The notes beneath the pieces are model-generated. The model had not been told where the DNA came from. It made no database searches and saw only the letters and a program-made list of their open reading frames with translations. Shown piece by piece: positions 24,954 to 32,000 of a stretch of 32,000 nt of DNA. A program made the position numbers and the translations under genes. Position 1 is the first letter of the stretch, and every line of letters begins with the position of its first letter. Where the stretch lies: assembly GCA_003516025.1 (NCBI GenBank), contig CP023991.1:30001-62000 (forward strand), read 5' to 3'. This DNA comes from Candidatus Saccharimonadota bacterium. GTDB lineage: Bacteria > Patescibacteriota > Saccharimonadia > Saccharimonadales > UBA4665.

Positions 24954-26235
24954 TACTATCCGAGTACTTATCTTCCCGGCAGGCGAAATTAATTCCATAG
25001 AATTACACGACGCTTTATCAACCTCGGTAAACGTCGAAGTTTTTGGCGGATCTTCGGTTGACCGGCATGGTCCATTTGTCTTTCGTAACTACATTGGGGA
25101 GATACCACTTATATCAGATCCTCAATTCATAGAACACTTCAACCAGGTACTGTCCGATAATCGCATTGATGTCGTATTCCCCACTCATGACACGGTCGCA
25201 GATTACTTTGCTGAACATCATGATGATATTCGTGCTAAGGTGGTCGTCGCGGCTCCTGAAACTGCTGCAATATGCCGTGACAAGATGAAAACGTATCAGA
25301 CCTTTTCGGACACACATTTCATCCCGACAATTTTTGAATTAGTTGATGCAGTTGGGCAATTACCGGTATTCATAAAACCGCGCATTGGCCAAGGGTCAGT
25401 CGGGGCCCGTTTAGTTGAGCATGAAGAAGATTTGCATAGTATAATTTTCGAGGACTATGTAGTTACCGAATACTTGTCTGGAAAAGAGTATACCGTCGAT
25501 TGCTTAACCGATAAAAACGGACAGCTTAAAATAGTTTCACCACGTTCACGCGACCGCACTTTGGCCGGAGTTTCCGTAGCTGGTAAAACTGTTGCCTTAA
25601 CGCAAGAGATTCAAGAGATAGCGCAGACGATTAACGATCGGTTAAAGTTTAAAGGACTATGGTTCTTTCAAGTAAAAGCAGACCATGAGCAGCGGTTAAA
25701 ACTTATGGAGATTTCAACACGCTGCGCAGGGACCATGTGCCTTACCCGGGCACGGGGAGCAAACTTACCGCTCCTCAGTGTCTATACTGTTATGGGTTAC
25801 GATGTTGACGTGCTGGTGAATGACATGGACGTTACCGTCGACCGGATGCTTATAAATAGGTACAACTTCGACTATAACTATCAAACAGTATATTTCGATT
25901 TCGATGACACCCTCATCATAAGAGAGCAAGTTCACCCGTACTCCATCATGTTTCTCTATCAGTGTAAGAATATGCAAAAAGAGGTAGTGCTGATCACGAA
26001 ACATGCAGATGATATACGGCAAACACTTCGAAATTACGCTATAGATCCCGCACTGTTTGCAAAGATTATTCACCTTGCTCCTGACGATAATAAGATAGAT
26101 CTTATGGAGGAACATCCCGAGGGTGCTATATTTATTGATAATGCTTTTACAGAGCGGAAGTATGTTCACGATAGGTTCAAAATACCCGTCTTTGACGTCG
26201 ACGCTATCGAAGTATTATTAGATTGGAGAATATGA
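24946..26235 (+). CDS. ATP-grasp ligase domain fused to a HAD-like (DxDxT) domain
   Basis: The ATP-grasp pattern is RDKMKTYQTF...LPVFIKPRIGQGSVGARLV...VVTEYLSGKEYTVDCL...LMEISTRCAGTM. The C-terminal VYFDFDDTLI (HAD motif I) is followed by VVLITKH and IFIDNAF. Confidence 0.7.
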   Translation: MADTIRVLIFPAGEINSIELHDALSTSVNVEVFGGSSVDRHGPFVFRNYIGEIPLISDPQFIEHFNQVLSDNRIDVVFPTHDTVADYFAEHHDDIRAKVVVAAPETAAICRDKMKTYQTFSDTHFIPTIFELVDAVGQLPVFIKPRIGQGSVGARLVEHEEDLHSIIFEDYVVTEYLSGKEYTVDCLTDKNGQLKIVSPRSRDRTLAGVSVAGKTVALTQEIQEIAQTINDRLKFKGLWFFQVKADHEQRLKLMEISTRCAGTMCLTRARGANLPLLSVYTVMGYDVDVLVNDMDVTVDRMLINRYNFDYNYQTVYFDFDDTLIIREQVHPYSIMFLYQCKNMQKEVVLITKHADDIRQTLRNYAIDPALFAKIIHLAPDDNKIDLMEEHPEGAIFIDNAFTERKYVHDRFKIPVFDVDAIEVLLDWRI

Positions 26236-26236
26236 C

Positions 26237-27352
26237 ATGGCAATGATGGATCAAATAATCGATACGGCTGACAGAAAATTCGACGATGTTAAAAAATTGC
26301 AGGAAACCACAGACCCAATAGTTATGTATGGAGCTGGCAGCTATGCCCGGGATGTCACCAGCTTTCTCGATAGCCATAATGTAACGATTGATGAATATTG
26401 CATCGATGAGTCATATCTAAGCCCTGAGCAGCAGGCCTTTGACGGGACTCCGTTAAGCTCTATAGAGAGTGCCTATCAAAAACACGCGCATTTTAATGTG
26501 GTTATCGGATTCAACGATTATGTTAAAGCACGTGCAACCCTTGGCCGGCTAAGTGATAATGCCGACGTCTATTTTATAGATGCCCCCAACCAGTATGGAT
26601 TTTTTGATCATCAGTATATTCAGGACAATGTGGAATCTTTCGAGGAAACGTTTGGTTGGCTGGCTGATGAAAAATCCAAGGAGATTTTTACCGCGTTTAT
26701 TAATGCTAAAATCAGTGGCGATCCGAGCGGGTTGTATAAACTTACTGATTTTAACCAATACTTTGGTGAACCGACTAAGCTCAGCGACCGTGAATATTTT
26801 GTAGATTGCGGCGGATTTGACGGTGATACCGTCTTTAGTTTTGTAAAAAATGTTAATAGTACATACGGCCATATTTATACCTTTGAACCTGATGTGGCTA
26901 ATTACGAAAAGCTAGTCACTGCCGTTAAAAGCAAAGGCCTTCAAAACATTGACACGATCAATGCGGGTTGCTGGTCAAGTGCTACTACACTGCGTTTTTC
27001 TTCAAATGCCAATATGGCGGTGATTGTTTCAGGTGAGGCTGATGCTGATTTCAGCGTACCGGTAACCACTATTGATGAAACGGTCGGCGACGACCCCATA
27101 ACATTTATTAAAATGGACATAGAGGGGGCAGAATATGAAGCTCTTCAGGGAGCCGCACGGACAATAACGAAAAATTTGCCGACCCTTGCTATTTGCGCCT
27201 ATCACAAACCGGATGACCTCATTGTGTTGCCACAGTATATTAAACAGCTCAGCAGCGACTATACGCTTTACCTGCGCCACCACCAGTATATGTCATGGGA
27301 AATGGTCCTATATGCCATACCTAAGGCTAAGACAGAGGCAGGCGCGCTATGA
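26237..27352 (+). CDS. FkbM-family SAM-dependent methyltransferase
   Basis: YFVDCGGFDGDTVFSF, IYTFEPDVANYEKL and IKMDIEGAEYEAL are typical FkbM-family motifs. Confidence 0.8.
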   Translation: MAMMDQIIDTADRKFDDVKKLQETTDPIVMYGAGSYARDVTSFLDSHNVTIDEYCIDESYLSPEQQAFDGTPLSSIESAYQKHAHFNVVIGFNDYVKARATLGRLSDNADVYFIDAPNQYGFFDHQYIQDNVESFEETFGWLADEKSKEIFTAFINAKISGDPSGLYKLTDFNQYFGEPTKLSDREYFVDCGGFDGDTVFSFVKNVNSTYGHIYTFEPDVANYEKLVTAVKSKGLQNIDTINAGCWSSATTLRFSSNANMAVIVSGEADADFSVPVTTIDETVGDDPITFIKMDIEGAEYEALQGAARTITKNLPTLAICAYHKPDDLIVLPQYIKQLSSDYTLYLRHHQYMSWEMVLYAIPKAKTEAGAL

Positions 27353-28458
27353 GCAATCCACTTGTCAGCGTCCTATGTCCTACCTTCAACCACGGCAAAT
27401 TTATCGCGCAGGCTATGGAAGGTTTTTTGTCGCAAATTACAACCTTTGATTTTGAAATCATTATTCATGATGATGCGTCAAGCGATGACACGGTAAAGTT
27501 AATTAAAAACTACATCGCTGCTAATAAAAATAAAAGAATTAGCTTCAATACGGTATTTGAAACTGAGAACCAATACTCACAAGGTATAACTGATTACCTG
27601 AAAAATATGTTTATGAGCGCCAAAGGGAAGTACATAGCCTTTTGCGAGGGTGACGATTACTGGATCGATGCTCAGAAGTTACAGAAGCAGGTTGATTTTC
27701 TTGAGAAGCACCCTGACTACGCAGTTTGCTTTCATCCGGTAAAAGTATTTTACGAGAACCATGAAAAGCCTGATTCTGTATATCCTGAAACAACTGACTC
27801 TAAAGCCTTTACCATCAAGCAGCTCCTTAAAGAAAATTTTATCCAGACCAATTCGGTCATGTATCGTAAGCAAAATTATGCAACCTTGATTGATACGGTA
27901 ATGCCAATGGACTGGTACTTACATTTATTCCATGCTCAATTTGGTAAGATAGGCTTTATCCCGGACGCTATGTCTGCTTATCGGCGACACGTCGGCGGTT
28001 TGTGGTGGGAGGCGCAAAAAGGTACCGCGGCATTTTGGAAACGTCAGGGCCTTGTGCACATCGGCCTGTTCGTAGAACTTGAGAAAATTTATGGCACCAA
28101 TGCCCAGTACAAAAAAGTCTTACACGACAATCTACACCACATTATGTACACCATCCTTAATCTGGACAAAAGCCACAGCGGTGAACTTGTGGAAGCTGTC
28201 ATACGCTCCTATCCTGCTCAAGCAAAAGATTTCTTGGTTTACCAAAGCGGGGAGTTTAAAAAAACTATAGAAGACAGAGATGCGATATTTGTCGATCGGA
28301 ATTATCGCGAAACGTTAGCCAACGAACGAGAGGCCGAATTGGCCGTCATGTCCGAGAAGGCGCGCGTTTACGAGCAGGAATTGCTCAGGATTAAGTCATC
28401 GCCGGGATACAAGGTTGTTCAAGTCGTCAATCGGCTTAAGCGACTCGCTAAACGTTAA
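27349..28458 (+). CDS. glycosyltransferase family 2 with a C-terminal coiled-coil tail
   Basis: PLVSVLCPTFNHGKFIAQAMEGFLSQ...IIIHDDASSDDT and FCEGDDYW form the GT2 core. The last ~70 aa (nt ~28246-28458) are heptad-like and charged (RETLANEREAELAVMSEKARVYEQELLRIKSS). ATGA overlap at 27349-27352. Confidence 0.85.
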   Translation: MSNPLVSVLCPTFNHGKFIAQAMEGFLSQITTFDFEIIIHDDASSDDTVKLIKNYIAANKNKRISFNTVFETENQYSQGITDYLKNMFMSAKGKYIAFCEGDDYWIDAQKLQKQVDFLEKHPDYAVCFHPVKVFYENHEKPDSVYPETTDSKAFTIKQLLKENFIQTNSVMYRKQNYATLIDTVMPMDWYLHLFHAQFGKIGFIPDAMSAYRRHVGGLWWEAQKGTAAFWKRQGLVHIGLFVELEKIYGTNAQYKKVLHDNLHHIMYTILNLDKSHSGELVEAVIRSYPAQAKDFLVYQSGEFKKTIEDRDAIFVDRNYRETLANEREAELAVMSEKARVYEQELLRIKSSPGYKVVQVVNRLKRLAKR

Positions 28459-29436
28459 CTAACGGGACTTGGCCATCAACTCCCACAGGGCCTTATTTCC
28501 TATGGCATGTTTGAGCATTTTTCGCTTTTTTACCATCAGGGGAATAAATTTAAGCCCATGTATACGCCCTTTTAGCAGCGCAATCAGCGCCCGTTTATTG
28601 CGACCACGAAAAAGGTTGAATATTGTTTTCAGATCGGTTGCGAGCAAGCCGGGTAAGACTTTTAGGATGATGGTTACCGGAAAATTTTTAATTATCATTG
28701 GAAAATTATTCCGATATATCATGTATACCGAAAAGCCCGGGTTTTTACTGCTAGAAGCTGATCCCATATGATATGCCGCAGATTGGTCAACGTACCAATT
28801 GTCCCATCCCATAATCGTGGCGCGGGCCGCCAGATCAACGTCCTCAAGATACATCCATAAGTCTGAGTCAAAGTAATCATCTCCGAAAGGCTGGGATTTT
28901 AAAAAATCCCGGGTGAATAATGCGGCAGCGGCATTAGTGCCAAAAACTTTTTGCGTGGCCGGCAAGGGGCCAGTTGATCGATAGCCAAGCTGCATCGCGC
29001 GGCCGTAGTGATCGACGGTTATGCCGTAAGAATCAAGTACCGCATGGTCGTAATAATCGAACGTGGGCGTTTGCAGACTGCCACAGTGCTCGTGCTGTGC
29101 TGCGAATGCCGTCAGGGTCTCAAGCCAATCTTTCGCTAAGGTAGCATCGGTATTAACTAGGGCGACGTAGCGGCAATCGGCATCTTCAAATGCTTTGGCG
29201 ATACCAATGTTGTTGCCAATTGCAAAACCAGTATTCTTTGTAGCATCGACTGCAATGACACTAGGATAATTGCTACGGACAAATTCCAGGGAGCTATCCG
29301 AAGAGCCGTTATCGACATAAATGATCTGAAAGTTTTTATAGGTCTGAGTCTGGATAGAATTAAAACACTCGGGCAGTAGATCTTTATTGTTCCAGCCAAG
29401 AACAATGAACGATACGAGTGGCTCTGCTGTCTGCAT
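28459..29436 (-). CDS. glycosyltransferase family 2
   Basis: PLVSFIVLGWNNKDLLPECFNSIQTQTYKNFQIIYVDNGSSDSS...NTGFAIGNN...LEDVDLAAR is the GT2 motif set. Confidence 0.85.
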   Translation of the reverse strand: MQTAEPLVSFIVLGWNNKDLLPECFNSIQTQTYKNFQIIYVDNGSSDSSLEFVRSNYPSVIAVDATKNTGFAIGNNIGIAKAFEDADCRYVALVNTDATLAKDWLETLTAFAAQHEHCGSLQTPTFDYYDHAVLDSYGITVDHYGRAMQLGYRSTGPLPATQKVFGTNAAAALFTRDFLKSQPFGDDYFDSDLWMYLEDVDLAARATIMGWDNWYVDQSAAYHMGSASSSKNPGFSVYMIYRNNFPMIIKNFPVTIILKVLPGLLATDLKTIFNLFRGRNKRALIALLKGRIHGLKFIPLMVKKRKMLKHAIGNKALWELMAKSR

Positions 29437-29444
29437 TACTGACG

Positions 29445-31997
29445 CTAATCCTTTGCCAAAATTTGTTGATAGTAATCGGCTTTACTGAAAGTGGAGGCGA
29501 TTTTTTGCGATTCCGAGCTCATACGGACGAGCTCTTTACCGTTAAGGCTTTTGTTTAGTATACGTTCGATAGCGGCCGCAAGCTCATCTATTTTGAGCGT
29601 GTCAAACTTAAAGCCATTGGCGCCGTCGACTATTTGTTCCTGCCAGCCGGAAGTGGTGTTCCGAAGGATTGGATGGCCCATGAGCATGCCTTCTGCGACG
29701 TATAGTGCGAACGTCTCGTTTAACGAGCTGCAAACGGTAACGTTACACTTGTTAGCAATATCGAGAGCGGTATTCCTGTCTACGATGGGATGGATATGCA
29801 GATTTTTGCCCATGACTGACCGGCCGATTGTCGTGATCTGTTCAGACACGTAGTCCTTGCCAATGGCTACCAGATCAAGTGTGTATTCACGGTAATTTTG
29901 TGGGTTTGCAGCCCTATAGCGCGCTTCAAATAATTGTAGTGCCGATATGAATAAAAGTTGGCCTTTTCTGCCATCGAGCGGAATACCGGATATAAAGAAG
30001 CGGATAGTATTAAAATCGCTCGCTTTTCGTTCGACCTTAAGTTTGGCGGCTATGTCGACCCGTAGAGTGACTGGTTTTATACGGTTCGTATTAAAAAATT
30101 CGTTATATTCTTTAGCAGTCTGTATTGATGGAACAACAATATTAAGTTTGTTGTCATTGACTAACCGTTCAATCTTTGCCACCTCCCGCTTGTCGCCAAA
30201 ACGGTTCTTAGGTGTGTCTTCGTGGATAAACCAGTGGGCTTTATTCAGGCGGCCCGTCTCCAGCATCCAATAGAGATAATTCTTATAATTGCTGTACAAA
30301 GCAAGGGTATTCATTAAGACGAAATCGTTGGGGTTGATTTGCAGGCCAGCCTGAATTATCCGGCCGCCTATCCCATCGGCCATCTTGTGAATTTTATAAC
30401 CAGATGCAAGCAACGGGTTAAGTAACTTCCGTTCGATTGCCGGAGCAACAAGATGGATGTCTTTATGAGGCATTGTCTTGCCGAAATCGTTTATGACGTC
30501 AATTAGCACTAGTGGCGCACCGGTATGGTCGATTGGGTGGGATAGAAAAACCGCCTTTGGCTTGGCGTTTTTCTTATCTGTGTTAAGTACGGCCTTAGCC
30601 TGCGCTTTTACCATGGAGGCGGCAAAACGAGCGCTTCGCATGATACCTTTTTGTTTAGCACGAGCAGCAAGAGATTGGGCCCTGCCGGCCACTTTTCGGA
30701 GTTTGTGGGAAGAGCTGCCAGTATCTGGTTTTTCAATGCCATGCTCTTCAATAAAATGCAGCCCTTGTACGTAAGGAAGGTTATTGTCTGAAACCAGCTG
30801 ATCGCTCAGCACCTTAGTTACCTTAGACCATCGATAACTTTCCTTGATTTTTGCTAAGTTTTCTCGAAGCGTTGCTAATTGTTTTGGATGCTGCATAAAG
30901 TTGGAGACGATCGAAACGATTTCATCGGATGACAGGCCGGTTTTTACTCCTGCTCCATTAGCTATCAACTCATCACTTAGAGGGTCTCCACCATTACTGA
31001 TCATGGGCAGATCGCCCCATATATAGTCCATGACACGGGTGCGCCACGAGTATATGTTTTCCTCGCCCTGGCTGTTGATGCTGATTACTATGTCGGCATT
31101 TTTATACCATTGCACACGGTCTTTGAAATCAATCCAATCAACCATGAACACGGTTTTGTTCAATAAAGCGTTCTTTTTAAAGGTTTGCAGCACGTGCTCG
31201 TACTGCTTAACAAAATCAGGATGATCGTTATAAGGATTCTTGCCCCCTACGAGATAAAATTTAAAGTTTGGATTTTTTGATAATTTTTCGACTGCCTCAA
31301 TCAACGGCTCAAAGTTAAACCATGGGTAGAGCCCCCCGAACCATAGCAGCACAAAATCATTTTTGGATGTTTTGTAAGGGTTTAATTGCTTGGCTGTAGC
31401 GTCGTCTGTGTCTTCTTCGACGCCGAAGGGAACGACTAAAATACGGTTTTGACGATAGGTATACGGGTTGAGTACACCCAGGCTCCCAAGTATGCCGGCG
31501 TACATATGTTTTTGGGGCTCATTGGCACACAAGAAAAAGTCACCTCGTTTGAGGACATGGTTAAAGCGGGGAACTTCATGTAGGTAACCTCTTAGCTCGC
31601 CAGCTTTATCGGCTGAGTCCCTTGCTGAAATTTCAATAAATATTGGTACATAGCAATCGAGTACCAGAGTGATGTGATGTGACAAGTTGTCGGCTACAAA
31701 CACAGATGGATCACCCATGCTGTAACTAACAATTACGGCGTCAAAACTGTTCATAAATGCCTTGAAGTCGTCGTCCAAGGCCCAGTTATGCAGGTTTATG
31801 CCTCCATGTGAAGCGATATTCTGCTTAAATTCCTGAAATACGCTGACCGTTACATTGTGCCCGTTGTCCCTTAAGCCGGTAGCCAGTCCCCAACAGCGCA
31901 TGCCGCCGCCTTCAATTTTCTGAAACTCAGGAGTTGGAACAGGACCGTAGCTTAAGATCAATACATTTTTTGCTAGGTTTGGATCGAGTGCTTGCAT
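29445..31997 (-). CDS. 850-aa two-module glycosyltransferase (two GT-B/GT4-like halves)
   Basis: The N-terminal half opens like a GT-B (NVLILSYGPVP...GGGMRCWGLATGLRDNGHNVTV). A basic linker follows (KQKGIMRSARFAASMVKAQAKAV). The C-terminal half carries a GT4-type signature (ETFALYVAEGMLMGHPILRNTTSGWQEQIVDGANGF). Confidence 0.7.
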   Translation of the reverse strand: MQALDPNLAKNVLILSYGPVPTPEFQKIEGGGMRCWGLATGLRDNGHNVTVSVFQEFKQNIASHGGINLHNWALDDDFKAFMNSFDAVIVSYSMGDPSVFVADNLSHHITLVLDCYVPIFIEISARDSADKAGELRGYLHEVPRFNHVLKRGDFFLCANEPQKHMYAGILGSLGVLNPYTYRQNRILVVPFGVEEDTDDATAKQLNPYKTSKNDFVLLWFGGLYPWFNFEPLIEAVEKLSKNPNFKFYLVGGKNPYNDHPDFVKQYEHVLQTFKKNALLNKTVFMVDWIDFKDRVQWYKNADIVISINSQGEENIYSWRTRVMDYIWGDLPMISNGGDPLSDELIANGAGVKTGLSSDEIVSIVSNFMQHPKQLATLRENLAKIKESYRWSKVTKVLSDQLVSDNNLPYVQGLHFIEEHGIEKPDTGSSSHKLRKVAGRAQSLAARAKQKGIMRSARFAASMVKAQAKAVLNTDKKNAKPKAVFLSHPIDHTGAPLVLIDVINDFGKTMPHKDIHLVAPAIERKLLNPLLASGYKIHKMADGIGGRIIQAGLQINPNDFVLMNTLALYSNYKNYLYWMLETGRLNKAHWFIHEDTPKNRFGDKREVAKIERLVNDNKLNIVVPSIQTAKEYNEFFNTNRIKPVTLRVDIAAKLKVERKASDFNTIRFFISGIPLDGRKGQLLFISALQLFEARYRAANPQNYREYTLDLVAIGKDYVSEQITTIGRSVMGKNLHIHPIVDRNTALDIANKCNVTVCSSLNETFALYVAEGMLMGHPILRNTTSGWQEQIVDGANGFKFDTLKIDELAAAIERILNKSLNGKELVRMSSESQKIASTFSKADYYQQILAKD

Positions 31998-32000
31998 TTT

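Noticed and set aside
1-32000. Alternative genetic code (UGA recoding, as in some CPR lineages)
   Set aside because: Long ORFs are intact under the standard code. TGA also functions as a stop at several tight ATGA junctions (19178-19181, 22218-22221, 23300-23303, 27349-27352).
1-32000. CRISPR arrays, tRNA/rRNA genes, IS elements, integrases, toxin-antitoxin pairs
   Set aside because: The only non-coding stretches longer than ~60 nt (13862-14160, 15577-15910, 16049-16175) are explained by the origin, promoters and a stem-loop. I saw no direct-repeat/spacer periodicity, cloverleaf-sized gaps or transposase-like ORFs.

Overview
This is a 32-kb chromosomal window from a compact genome with a monoderm-type envelope. 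From gene content and the look of the proteins I guess a Saccharibacteria/Patescibacteria-like (CPR) organism; that is inference only, since no search could be run and all calls rest on motif recognition. There are three blocks. (i) 1-11.7 kb, + strand: a tightly packed Gram-positive-type type IV secretion-like operon. It encodes a PrgI/VirB3-like membrane protein with a long Pro/Gln/Ala tail, a VirB4-N-terminal-like accessory ORF, and a VirB4 ATPase. These are followed by a 1057-aa membrane protein ending in an M15A/MepK-like LAS zinc peptidase, a secreted lysozyme-like + M23 peptidase, a membrane-anchored beta-rich protein, and unknowns. No relaxase, coupling protein or integrase is in view. 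(ii) 11.7-18.0 kb: the replication-origin neighbourhood, recF<dnaN<[oriC]<dnaA | rpmH>rnpA>yidC>jag. DnaA-box clusters lie on both sides of dnaA, and a DnaA-trio / GC-cluster / tandem-box core sits next to dnaN. (iii) 18.1-32 kb: a cell-surface glycan locus. It has five glycosyltransferase genes, one with two GT-B modules, and a Wzm/Wzt-type ABC exporter. It also has a DegT aminotransferase, a WbqC-like protein, a DegT-like protein, an ATP-grasp-HAD fusion and an FkbM methyltransferase. The part right of ~20.2 kb looks lower in GC on spot counts. I found no rRNA, tRNA, CRISPR array, transposase or integrase. The best candidate for something new is the T4SS-derived block joined to three cell-wall hydrolase chemistries directly beside oriC.
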